Of a DNA stretch of 53,276 bases, positions 12,861-24,664 are shown piece by piece. The stretch's first letter is position 1; the number at the start of each line of letters is the position of its first letter. Both the position numbers and the translations under genes were made by a program. The notes under the pieces are model-generated. The model searched no databases and was not told where the DNA came from. It worked only from the letters and a program-made list of their open reading frames with translations. Origin of the DNA: Chiloscyllium plagiosum (taxonomy: Eukaryota); the NCBI RefSeq assembly GCF_004010195.1, contig NC_057752.1, positions 4,782,504-4,835,779 on the forward strand. Direction: 5' to 3'.

Positions 12861-13070
12861 AGTGGAAATGGAGAAGTCCTTGTCCGGTGGTGGCTTGCAT
12901 TTCTCTCCTAGCAAGGAGCTTTTCAGAAGAAACAAAGCTGAGTTCTGGTTTTCTCTCTCCACAAATGCTGCCAGACCTGCAGAGCTTCTTCAGCATTTTC
13001 TGTTTGAATTTCAGATTGTCAGCATTTGCAGTAAGTTACTTTTATTAAAAAGAGTAAAGGGAATATGTTA

Positions 13071-13375
13071 GTTGAAACTTTATTGCTGGAACAGCACAGC
13101 AGGTCAGGCAGCATCCAGGGAACAGGAGATTCGACGTTTCGGGCACAGGCCCTTCTTCAGGAATCAAAACTTTCCTGTTCATATACTTATTTAAGTGATT
13201 TTTAAATGTTGTAACTGTGTCCACATCCACCACTTCCTCAGGAAGTACATTCCACCGCAAGCCTGTGCCCGAAACGTCGAATCTCCTGTTCCCTGGATGC
13301 TGCCTGACCTGCTGTGCTGTTCCAGCAATAAAGTTTCAACTTTGATCTCCAGCATCTGCAGACCTCACTTTCTCC
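13071..13375. mobile_element. Young non-autonomous Penelope-derived insertion: inverted termini + captured 96-bp local DNA, 14-bp TSD
   Basis: Perfect inverted repeat 13071-13150 / 13261-13340; 35-nt tail 13341-13375; TSD AAGGGAATATGTTA at 13057-13070 and 13376-13389. Confidence 0.9.
13128..13165 (-). ncRNA. Minimal type I hammerhead ribozyme motif
   Basis: GAUUC-CUGAAGA-A-GGGC(CUGU)GCCC-GAAA-C-GUC^GAAUC: complete catalytic core, 4-bp stem II, 5-bp stem I, palindromic ACGU mini-stem III. Confidence 0.8.
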
Positions 13376-13632
13376 AAGGGAATATGTTACCTTTGTTTAA
13401 AAAAAAGGTCTCGCTCGTGCAACTATCAGATCAGGAGAGTTTGGTCAGGAATCTGCAGGTTATTAAAAGCTGAAAACGTCTAAGCTCTCAGTTTAAGTCA
13501 GAAATAAAACTTTGATATAGAGACGTAATTTATCTGCATTTGAAAATCAACTCTCAGACAGTACTGGGAAATAATTGAAAATTTTGTTTTGTTTTATGTT
13601 TTAAGATATTTTTAAACAGTCTTCTACATCTA

Positions 13633-13912
13633 GGTCACAGAGATGTACAGCACAGAAACAGACCCTTCGGTCCAACCCGTCCATGCCGACCAGATATCCC
13701 AACCCAATCTAGTCCCACCTGCCAGCACCTGGCCCATATCCTTCCAGACCCTTCCTATTCATATACCCATCCAGATGCCTTCTAAATGTTGCAATTGTAC
13801 CAGCCTCCACCACTTCCGCTGGCAGCTCATTCTATACCCGTACCACCCTCTGTGTGAAAACGTTGCCCCTTAGGTCTCTGTTATATCTTTCCCCTCTCAC
13901 CCTAAACCTATG
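13633..13912 (-). mobile_element. CR1 LINE 3' end
   Basis: HRFRVRGERYNRDLRGNVFTQRVVRV plus the standard CR1 3' UTR. Confidence 0.88.
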
Positions 13913-14191
13913 TTTAGTTTGTTGGTTTTTCTTTACCAGTTGTGGAATAAACTTCAGTTTTGTTGTCAGTGAAACCCCACGGCTTCTTATTACCTGTGTT
14001 TCAGTGACAGACTGCCATGTTAGAACAAAAAGAGTTATGCCGGACCTCATTATGGGATCTGACTTAGTACCATTGTTAACTGGTATCATTACATTCGTAT
14101 ATGTACCAATCCCAATCTTTTCTTTATTATTGCTGCATGCACTTTGCTGATTCATTGTGTTGACTTCCCTCAACGACTAACTCGCCATCAA

Positions 14192-16258
14192 GAACCCAGC
14201 ACCAGAGGCTGGGATACAGAGACAGCTGGAACCCAGTACCTGAGGGCGGGGTACAGAGAGAGCTCGAATCCAGCACCTGAGGGTGGGGTACAGAGAGAGC
14301 GAGAACCCAGCATCTGAGGGCGGGGTAGAGAGAGCAAGAACCCAGCACCTGAGGGTGGGGACAGAGAGAGCAAGAACCCAGCATCTGAGGGTGCGGTACA
14401 GAGAGAGCTAGAACACAGCACCTGAGGGCGGGATACAGAGAGAGCTAGAACCCAGCACCTGAGGCTGGGATACAGAGAGAGCTAGAACCCAATACCTGAG
14501 GGTGGGGTACAGAGAGAGCTAGAACCCAGTACCTGAGGGTGGGGTACAGAGAGAGCTAGAACCCAGCACCTGAGGGCAGGGTACAGAGAGAGCTAGAACC
14601 CAGCACCTGAGGGCGGGGTACAGAGAGAGTGAGAACCCAGTACCTGAGGGCGGGGTACAGAGAGAGCTAGAACCCAGCACCTGAGGGCAGGGTACAGAGA
14701 GAGCGAGAACCCAGTACCTGAGGGTGGGGTACAGAGAGTGCTAGAACCCAGCACCTGAGGGTTGGGTACAGAGAGAGCTAGAACCCAGTACCTGAGGGTG
14801 GGGTACAGAGAGAGCTAGAACCCAGTACCTGAGGGTGGGGTACAGAGAGTGCTAGAACCCAGCACCTGAGAGTTGGGTACAGAGAGAGCTAGAACCCAGC
14901 ACCTAAGGATGGGGTACAGAGAGAGCTAGAACCCAGCTCCTGAGAGTGTGGTACAGAGAGTGCTAGAACCCAGCACCTGAGGCTGGAGTACAGAGAGAGC
15001 TAGAACCCAGCACCTGAGGGTGGGGTACAGAGAGAGCTAGAACCCAGCACCTGAGAGTTGGGTACAGAGAGAGCTAGAACCCAGCACCTGAGAGTGGGGT
15101 ACAGAGAGAACTAGAACCCAGCACCTGAGGCTGGAGTACAGAGAGTGCTAGAACCCAGCACCTGAGAGTGGGATACAGAGAGAGCTAGAACCCAGCACCT
15201 GAGGGCGGGGTACATAGAGAGCTAGAACCCAGCACCTGAGGGTGGGGTACAGAGAGAGCTAGAACCCAGCGCCTGTGGGCAGGGTACAGAGAGAGCTAGA
15301 ACCCAGCACCTGAGGCTGGGGTACAAAGAGAGCTAGAACCCAGCACCTGAGGCTGGGTACAAAGAGTGCTAGAACCCAGCACCTGTGGGCAGGGTACAGA
15401 GAGATCTAGAACCCAGCACCTGAGGCTGGCGTACAGAGAGAGCTAGAACCCAGCACCTGAGGGTGGGGCATCGAGAGAGCTAGAACCCAGCACCTGAGGG
15501 TGGGGTACTGAGAGAGCTAGAACCCAGTACCTGAGGGTGGGGTACAGAGAGAGCGAGAACCCAGCACCAGAGGCTGGGATACAGAGAGAGCTAGAACCCA
15601 GTACCTGAGGGTGGGGTACAGAGAGAGCTAGAACCCAGTACCTGAGGGTGGGGTACAGAGAGAGCTAGAACCCAGCACCTGAGAGTTGGGTACAGCGAGA
15701 GCTAGAACCCAGTACCTGAGGGTGGGGTACAGAGAGAGCTAGAACCCAGCACCTGAGGGTGGGGTACAGAGAGAGCTAGAACCCAGCACCTGAGGGTGGG
15801 GTACAGAGAGAGCTAGAACCCAGCACCTGAGGGTGGGGTACAGAGAGAGCTAGAACCCAGCACCTGAGGGTGGGGTACAGAGAGAGCTAGAACCCAGCAC
15901 CTGAGGGTGGGGTACAGAGAGAGCTAGAACCCAGCACCTGAGGGTGGGGTACAGAGAGAGCTAGAACCCAGCACCTGAGGGTGGGGTACAGAGAGAGCTA
16001 GAACCCAGCACCTGAGGGTGGGGTACAGAGAGAGCTAGAACCCAGCACCTGAGGGTGGGGTACAGAGAGAGCTAGAACCCAGCACCTGAGGGTGGGGCAT
16101 AGCGAGAGCTAGAACCCAGCACCTGAGGGTGGGGCATAGCGAGAGCTAGAACCCAGCACCTGAGGGTGGGGTACAGAGAGAGCTAGAACCCAGCGCCTGT
16201 GGGCAGGGTACAGAGAGAGCTAGAACCCAGCACCTGAGGGTGGGGTACAGAGAGAGCT
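14192..16258. repeat. 37-bp G-rich minisatellite (~56 copies), unit AGAACCCAGCACCTGAGGGTGGGGTACAGAGAGAGCT
   Basis: Head-to-tail repeats with 37-bp period (e.g. 15781, 15818), no unique spacers. Confidence 0.98.
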
Positions 16259-17454
16259 GGGTGGGCTCGAGCTCTGTATAATTTTAACGCCACCTTTGTC
16301 ACAACGTTAATAGATTCCGAGGTTGGCTCTGATCAACCTGCACAATATCACTTGCGAGTGTATGCTATGATCTGTCTGCATTTTTCCTGGCCTTTGTGTT
16401 CCCAGCATCTTCCATTAGTTCCAGCACTTCCTCTCTCTATTCATGCACTACCTCCCCCGCCCCCACCCCACCCCAGCGTCTATCTCCATTACACGGCACT
16501 AATAATGGGAATTACAGCAAATCTAATACTGCTTCTGCCCACATAATGACTAAGTGGAGCCGGATGTAGAACCTATTAAAGTCCGATCACATTCCGTAAT
16601 CTCACTGGTGAAGTTAAGCTGTTGTTCTACACAGTAACAAGTGATTACAGTGACCAGAATACAATCTATCTCTTTTAATTATCCCACTGGGGATGCTGTT
16701 ATACTGCTCCATTTTTCCCCTCTGTGAACGATCCAGTCAATACGTTTTGGGGAGAGGGAGATATTTTAGTGTTTCTTTCACCTTTACAAAGTAGTGCAAG
16801 AGATTTCTTCCCCAAGAGCTGTTGCTGGATCCTGAATCATTGACTGGCCGTGGATTTCACAAAAATGGTGAACGAGGATGTGAAACGGACCCAGATAAGA
16901 AAGATCTTGCATTTGCATGGTGCCTTTCCCAACCTCTGAACGTCCCCGAGAGTTTCATAGCTATTCTTTCAACAGCACCCCGTGCAAGTTCCCCCCCAAG
17001 CCACTTCCCATCCTGAATTGGAAGTCTATCGCCGTTCCTTCACTGTCACTGGGTTAGAATCCTGGAACTCTCTCCCTCAGAGCATTATGGGTCATATCAC
17101 AGCAGGTGGACTGCAGCGGTTCAAGATGGCAGCTCACTCCTATCTTTTCAAGAGGCAACTAGGGACAGGGCAAGAAATACTGGGCCCAGCCAGTGACGCC
17201 CACATCCCAAGAATGGATTAACAAACCCGGTGCAGGGATTGAAACACAGAACCCAATTTCTCAGACTATCTCCCATAAGCAGTAAGGAGATGCATTTCCA
17301 CGACATTTGATTTTAATGTTACAGATTCAGGGCTAGGACACTGAGAGAATAGCGCAATGGAATTTTTCTGTCCACCTGAACCGATGGACAGGCCTAAGTT
17401 TAAAGTCTCCTCCAAAAGATGTCCCCTTTAAAGCAAACTCCTGTCAATTCCCTT

Positions 17455-17900
17455 GAGCATAGTGGCTCAGTGGTTAGCCCTGCTGCCTCACAGCACCAGG
17501 GACCCGGGTTTGATCCCAGCCTCAGGCGACTGTCTGTATGGAGTTTGCATTTTCTCCCCGTGACTGTGTGGGTTCCCTCCGGCTGCTCCGGTTTCCTCCT
17601 ACACTCCAAAGATGTGCAGGTTAGCATGGATCGGCCATGCTAAATTGCTCCACAGTGTCCATGGATGTGCAGGTTAGGTGTATTAGTCAGGGGTAAATAT
17701 AGGGTAGGGGAATGGGCCTGGGTGGGATACTCTTCGGAGGGTCGGTGTGGACTTGTTGGGCCAAAGGGCCTGTTTCCACACTGTAGGGATTCTATGAGTC
17801 CAAAGATGCTTGGGCTAGATGGATTGACATTGGGAGATATGGGATATGGGACGTGGGTCTGGGTGATGCTTTTCAGAGAGTTAGTGTGGGCTGAATGACC
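17455..17900 (+). mobile_element. HE1-type V-SINE followed by a second partial copy
   Basis: tRNA-like head gtggctcagtggttagc, V-domain and tail; gtccaaagatg restarts at ~17798. Confidence 0.85.
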
Positions 17901-17924
17901 TGAAATATGACACCTTCCAGTGAT

Positions 17925-18530
17925 ATTAGGGCAGAAGCTTGATCAAATCAGATGGGCCAATGGGCTGAGGAGCGGCAGATGAAGTTTAATTTAGATTAAT
18001 GTGAGGTGCTGTATTTTGGGAAAGTAAATCTTAGCAGGACTTATACACTTAATGGTAAGGTCCTAGGGAGTGTTGCTGAACAAAGAGACCTTAGGTTGGA
18101 GGGTTTGAGCTACAGGGAGAGGCTGAACAGGCTGGGGCTGTTTTCCCTGGAGGGTCGGAGGTTGAGGGGGTGACCTTATAGAGGTTTATAAAATCATGAG
18201 GGGCATTGGTAGGATAAATAGACAAAGTCTTTTCCCTGGAATACGGGAGTCCTGAACTAGAGGGCATAGGTTTAGGGTGAGAGGGGAAAGATATAAAAGG
18301 GGCAACTTTTTCACTGAGGATGGTACGTGTATGGAATGAGCTGCCAGAGGAAGTGGTGGAGGCTAGTATAATTGCAACATTTAAAAGGCATCTGGATGGG
18401 TATATGAATAGGAAGGGTTTGGAGGAATATGGGCCAAGTGCTGGCAGGTGGGACTAGCTTGGGATATCTGGTCAGCATGGACGAGTTGGACTGAAGGGTC
18501 TGTTTTCGTGCTGTACATCTCTATGACTGT
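17925..18530 (+). mobile_element. CR1 LINE 3' fragment with internal deletion
   Basis: cagatgggccaatgggctgag...tggaatgagctgccagaggaagtgg...ctgtacatctctatgact. Confidence 0.88.
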
Positions 18531-20464
18531 ATCTCAAAAGGAAGAAGTGGACAGGTTGTTGGGGGGAGTGGAATTCCAGAGTTTGGGACAAAGGCAGCTG
18601 AAGGCTATGGCTGCTGATGGAAACTGGGGATAAACACAAGGTGGATTGTAGGGTTGGAGCAGATGATAGAGATAGGGAGGAGTGAGACTCTTGTGGGATT
18701 TGAAAACAGAATTCATAGATATGCTGACTGGGCAACTGCAGTATTAGCCTTTCGCCAGAGGTGTCTCTAGTGTACAGCAATAGCAGTTTGCAGGGTCAGG
18801 TTATCCTGGAGAAGAGGCGCACAGTCTCTGCCAAGGTAGCAACACGGCTGGTTGAAGTTTTAAAAGCTTCCTTTGATTTTCTGATTAAGTCCTTTTTCAT
18901 TTCGCCTCTTTATGAGGGGGCAGGGCTTTTGTTTGATTTTCACATGATAACAATAAGGCAACCCAGTTCCGCCTCGTGAATTATTTGAGCAAAGGATACA
19001 GATTAGGAAACCCATTCAGTCAATGATTCCAGAAAAAAAAACTAACAACTGATGCCTTTATTTCTTCAGAAATTCCACATTGGCGGCTCTACCCATCAAT
19101 CCCTTCTGTGTATTTGTCACTCTGAGCATCAAGAATGGGTTGTGTCAATGCTACATGTCCCCCTCATTAAATTTGAGCCTGTTCCCTAATCCCATTCAAT
19201 TTAATTTGAGTTATATTTCAATTTGAATTTTCCACACAGGTTACAAGATGGAGGCAGTTATTTTCTGATCAATGTTTGACCAGGAGGAGCAACCAGTCCA
19301 AGTTTTGGTTTAGCGGCGTTTTTAATATAATTCATCATCACTCAGAATCTTCTGTTGTGATTTATTCCAGCCAATCATTTGCAGGTTATCACTCTCTCCT
19401 TTTAAACACGATGAGAGCATGTCAGAAAAAAAAACCATCTCAAAAAAAATAAGCAGGAGATTAGAATCTCCTCAGTTGAGGACTGACTCCGTGCTGACTG
19501 GCCACAGTCAGCGTACTGTGAACGAGTAAATAAAGAGTGACTTGATGACAGAACCTATCCTCTGAAAACAAAACAATCTCAGGAACAGGCCTGCATTTTC
19601 TTCCAGAGAGAATGCAGCTCCTGCACAATTTACCAATAGTTAATACAGGTCCCTCTAATTAGTCAATTCTACCTTGGCTACAGTTGAAGTGTACTTCATG
19701 CAGAAAACTATAGAACTAAGACATTATATGCAAGTGACATTAAAATACAACATAATGCACATTCTGTGCTACTGGAATCAAGGGGAGGGAGCTGACTGCT
19801 GCTATTCACTAGCTTGGGCATTGACCCTGAAGTTAACTTGTATATTGCTTCCACGAAAACTTTTAATGGCTGTGTCTTGAGCTGTCTAAAGCCTAATCTC
19901 TGGAATTCCCTCCCTAACTCTCTGTTTCACTCCAGCTCTCTCTCTCCTTCTTTAAGAAGACCCTTTCAAATCTACCGAGATAGCATTGAGCTGGGTACAG
20001 CCAGATAACCAGCTGACATGCCCATCCAACTGTGGGTACAGATTCTATCAAAGGTGGCCAATCTATAATGCCTAGATCACTTGGCAGGTTCAAAAGATTG
20101 GGCATGTGGGCATTGTACTGGGAGAAGCTGCCAGCACTTCAACCCTGCAAGAGTGGATAGCTACAATGGAGAACAGAACAGGAAATAAAGATCATCAGCA
20201 ACAAGAAACAAATGGGTTAATTTTAATCACAATTCTCTACATTTGTTTTATCCCTTTTAAATGTTCACTTTTATCAAGAAATGCTTTAGAGGAGCAGAGT
20301 AGTGTAGACATGTTGTACTTGTTCCAAAGACCAGCCTGTATTCCTTTAAACAACATGCTATTTGTCTGTTTGGATGGGGCATTGTCACAGTAACAGTCAG
20401 TTTTGAAGTTATGTTTTGAAGTGGAAGTTGATTTTGAAGTTTTCAAGACCCCTTCAATTGTTTC

Positions 20465-21235
20465 TGACTGGAAACAACAAATATTGGAGATCACAGCGGG
20501 TCAGGCAGCATCCATGGAGAGAGAGCGAGCTTACGCTTCGAGTCTGAATGACCCTTCATCAGGGCTGGCCAGCATTCATGCTGTAGTCAGGGATTGGGGA
20601 GTGTGGGAGTTGTGGGAGAAAGGATGTTGATAGTTCAGATTAAGTGATTGGACACACCATTGTTCACAAGCAGGACCTTGCCATAGCCAGTCATTTTAAC
20701 CCAGCGTCCTGCTCACATGCCCCACATGTGTCTGTCCTTGGCATACTGCAGTGTTCCAGTGAATCACAGCGCAACCTGGAGCAACATCGTCAGACTAGGC
20801 ACTTTACAGCCTTCTGGACTTAATATTAACTCAACACCTTCAAATTGTGAAGCCGCTCCCATTCCTCCCCTCTCTTTTAGCTTTACTTGTTCCATTCTCT
20901 GTCACCATGTCCACTCTCCCCTTCCCCCACCCGTGGGATTACCTGTTCCTCCCAGTCTGCCAGTTAGACACACCATTGTTCTGCCATTCTCACAGTACCA
21001 CCACTTAATCTGAACATTGAGCATCCTTTCTCCCCCAATACTCCACACCCCACCAACCTCCTCCCAGCTACAGCATAAATGCTGCCCCCTCCACACTTCA
21101 TGTCAGCCCTGACGAAGAGTCATCTCGACCCGAAACATGAGCTTGCTCTCTCTCTGCGGATGCTGTCTGACCCACTGTGATCTCCAGTGTTTGTTATTTT
21201 CAGTGCAGATCCCAGCATCTGCAGTAATTTGCTCT
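20465..21235 (+). mobile_element. Penelope-like remnant: GIY-YIG C-terminal fragment flanked by inverted pLTRs with hammerhead motifs
   Basis: Arms ~20465-20652 and ~20997-21205 are inverted copies; the interior encodes RLGTLQPSGLNI; hammerhead cores at 20528-20566 (-) and 21105-21143 (+). Confidence 0.8.
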
Positions 21236-21573
21236 GACACTGTCTGACTGGGCTCGCCTTGTAAATTCACTAAACCACTTCTAGGGTTTATCGAGGATTG
21301 AAAAAAATGCAATGGCTGTCTCACTCGCTAGCCCCAGCACTAACGGTGAAGTGGGATGGAAGTGCAGAGACTGGATCCAACCCCAGTCTAGGCTGTGTAC
21401 TCAGATCTAGCCTGGGGTAGCAGCAATGGTAGTGCTATTGGTGAATCAGTCTGTGGAAAAAGGGGCGAGTCACACAGGAGGAGATCTCCTTTCCTGTTGA
21501 TCAATCAATGAGTCTTTTTTTGTTGTTATTCATTCATAGGATGTGGGTGTCACTGACTGGACTGCCATTTACT

Positions 21574-21750
21574 AGAAGACAGTGAGGTCTGCAGATGCTG
21601 GAGATCAGAGTTGAGAGTGTGTTGCTGGAAAAGCACAGCAGGTCAGGCAGCATCTGAGGAGCAGGGAAATCGACGTTTCAGGCCGGAGCCCTTCATTAGG
21701 AAAGAGGCCTCTATACCAAAATGTCAGTTTGCCTGCTCCTCAGAGGATCC
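21574..21750 (-). mobile_element. Penelope-derived mini-element inserted into an older SINE-like repeat (~21525-22020)
   Basis: TSD CCATTTACT at 21565-21573 and 21751-21759; full minus-strand terminus plus a short inverted partial arm. Confidence 0.78.
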
Positions 21751-22894
21751 CCATTTACTGCCCAGAGGGTAGTTAAGAATCAACCACATTGCTGTGGGTC
21801 TGGACTTACACATAGGCCAGACCAGGTAAGGATGGCAGGTTTCCTTTCTTAAAGGACATTACTAAACCAGATGGTCATCATTAAACTTGCATTGCCAGTT
21901 TGTTATTGAATTCAAATTCCATGATGGGGGTGGGGGGGGGGGGGTTGAACCCAGGTCACTGGAACATTACCCAGGCTTCCAGATTAATCGTCCAGTGATA
22001 ACCCCACCAGGCCATCTCCTCCCCTTGCGCCATTAGCTTTCATATAGACAGCACCTGGCTTAGCTGTAATGGCCCTCACAGCGGAGTCCCCAGGCTCCCT
22101 CTGTCTGTGAGTGGCCGTTTGATAAGGCAGAGGAGGGCAGCTGACACCAGTCAGGAGTGCAGGGGATACAATTTGGCTAGAACAGAGCGTGCAGTTTGGC
22201 TGGAGGGGGAGGCTGAGGTGACGGGAAAGAAACTGATTGCAAGAAAGTAAAACAAGAGGCCCCTCCACTTTCTGAAGAGCTGTCTCCCAGTTCCAAACTT
22301 ATCAATTTCAAGAGCAGTGACTGTACAATTTTGACAGGAGTAATCGGGAACTTCAGAATTCCCAACCCTGATTTATGATTACAGGCAAAGAATCATTAAC
22401 TGAGAAACAACGGCCTGGAAATTCAGCTACTTATTCATTCACTGCACCAAGGGAGTCACAGCAGGACAGCCAAGAGCAGCAAAGGCTGCCTTCAACTCAT
22501 TGGTATAATGTTAGCCATCATGAGGGATAAATGCACCATTATGTATGGCAAGGGGAACTGCAACATAAGCTTTCTCCCATCCCAGACTGGACAGGCTTCA
22601 CATAGAGAAAATGCAAAGAGACTGAAAAAGGAGCAGACAATTTGCAGATGCAGTGGAGACTTTGGCTTAAGGTATGTCACAATTCACTGTTAGCTGTTGA
22701 AATTTCAATTAACGACTTACTTATAAGTTCCTATAGCTGTTGAAATTTGGATTAACTACTTCGGGGACTGCTGTTCGAAAGGGTTACTGGGTCTAGTGAT
22801 TGAACGAAGAGTTGATCGTGCCTCTTGATTGGATCTAAATTCTAAACAAGTTGCAAGACGCACCTTAGCCTGCACAAAGTGAATCTGGTGTATA

Positions 22895-23130
22895 GCAGTG
22901 AAAGGCTTGCATTGTTACAGCGCCTTTCATGAGGTCAGACTACCTTTGCTGAGGTGTGGCCACTGTTCTAATGCTGAAAGGTACCAGCCAATGCACAGCA
23001 AGGTCCCAAAACCAGCAACATGATAGTGACCAGAGAATTTGTTTCCACTACATTGGTTGAGGGATGACAATAGGCTCAGGAATCGGGGAGAGCATGCTCT
23101 GAATTACTGGGGCCTTTTGGGATGCCCTGA
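22895..23130 (-). mobile_element. Deu-domain SINE fragment
   Basis: cagccaat..cacagcaaggtccca...gtgaccaga...ttggttgagggat is the reverse complement of the Deu-SINE 3' part. Confidence 0.55.
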
Positions 23131-23159
23131 GTCACTACAAGGTGCTATTTCCTTTCCTG

Positions 23160-23273
23160 GGAGAAAGTGAGGACTGCAGATGCTGCAGGATCAAGAGTGT
23201 GGTGCTGGAAAAGCACAGCCGGTCAGGCAGCATCCGAGGAGCAGGAGAGTCGACGTTTTGGGCATAAGCCCTT
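23160..23273 (-). mobile_element. Penelope-derived terminus (solo)
   Basis: ggagaaagtgaggactgcagatgctg...gctggaaaagcacagc..gtcaggcagcatccgaggagcagg..gtcgacgttttgggcataagccctt; same family as 13261-13375. Confidence 0.8.
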
Positions 23274-23884
23274 GGTTACAGGAATAAAGGATGAAAACGA
23301 GGGCAAATGAGGTGAATGTTAATGCGGCTTAAGAAAGGCATCCTCCTGCAATGCAGGAATGTGGATCTTTTGTAAACAGATTAATAACGCAGCCAGCAAG
23401 TGCTGTGTGTGTTTGGGGTGGGGGGGGGGGCAGTTGAGAAACATTCACGAGGGATCGCATTGAAAAGAGCTCTCTCCTCCAGCGTCAGGTTGTCAGTTGT
23501 ATTCCCTCGAGGTGTGCCGGTATGCATCTGATGTCCCATTGATGGCGCTGAGAGAGGGCCAAGGTCACGCTGATGTTTATTGAAAGGCTCATGGATATTC
23601 AGCAGGCTTCAGAGTGGGCTGCAATAAATCATCCGAATCTCTGCTGAGGGAAGGGCCAGGGGCAAATGCACTCACCTCTGTGGCTCTGCAGCTGATGCTG
23701 GTACAGGAGTGCACTGCTACCAGCTGGCAGAACTCAAAACCTTAGGGCACTTAGCAATGAAACAGTAAAGAATTCGAACAACACAGCAGCTCTCTTTCTA
23801 ATCCGAAGCGCTATTTATCTTGGGCAAATGCTTTGGTATGAGTTATCGAGAGGATCAGAATGTGGCCAGGCTGGCTATGATAGT

Positions 23885-24138
23885 ATCAGCCATGTGTCAG
23901 TTCCTGGCTACTCTTGCCTCTGAATCAGAAGGTTTGAGACCCACGTGGGGATCTTTGGGTGCAGAAATCCAAGCTGAGACTCAGTGGCGCAGTATTGAGG
24001 GGGTGCTGTACTGTCGGAGGTGTTATCTCTCGGATGAAACATGAAATCAAGATCCCAATTGCCTGCTTGTGAGCTTGTAAAACCTCCCGCTGTTTTAAAA
24101 GGTCAAGGAGTTTTCTCTGGTGCCCTGGCCGATATTTA
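23885..24138 (+). mobile_element. Deu-domain SINE, interrupted by V-SINEs (resumes ~24637-24660)
   Basis: actcttgcctctgaatcagaagg...cagtattgagggggtgctgtactgtcggaggtg...cggatga...ccctggccgatattt. Confidence 0.7.
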
Positions 24139-24636
24139 GCACCACTGCCTCACAGCACCAGGGTCCCAGTTTCGATTCCAGCCTCGGGCAACTGTCTGTG
24201 TGGAGTTTGCACATTCTCCCCGTGTCTGTGTGGGTTTCCTCCGGGTGCTCCAGTTTCCTTCCACAGTCCAAAGATGTGCAGGTTAGGGTGGATTGGCCAC
24301 GCTAAATCGCCCACGGTATTAGGTGCATTAGTCAGAGGGATTATGGGTGGTACAGTGGCTCAGTGGTCAGCATTGCTGCCTCACAGCACCAGGGACCCAG
24401 GTTCAATACCAGCCTCAGGCGACTGTCTGTGTGGAGTTTGCACATTCTCCCCGTGTCTGCATGGGTTTCCTCCCACAGTCCAAAGATGTGTAGGTCAGGT
24501 GAAGTGGCCATGCTAATTGTCCATTGTGTAGGTGCATTAGTCAGAGGGAAATGGGTCTGGGTGGGTTACTCTTCGGAGGGTCGGTGTGGACTGGTTGGGC
24601 AGAAAGGGTCTGTTTCCACACGATAGGGAATCTAAT
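24139..24636 (+). mobile_element. Two tandem HE1-type V-SINEs (~24139-24340 and ~24345-24636)
   Basis: Two successive head + V-domain units, ending in the tail agggaatctaatct. Confidence 0.85.
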
Positions 24637-24664
24637 CTAAACCAACAAAATCTGGTCATTAGCA

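Noticed and set aside
14192..16258. CRISPR-like array or Ig switch region (units contain GAGCT and GGGGT)
   Set aside because: There are no unique spacers, no cas or Ig genes nearby, and the context is eukaryotic. It is a plain minisatellite.
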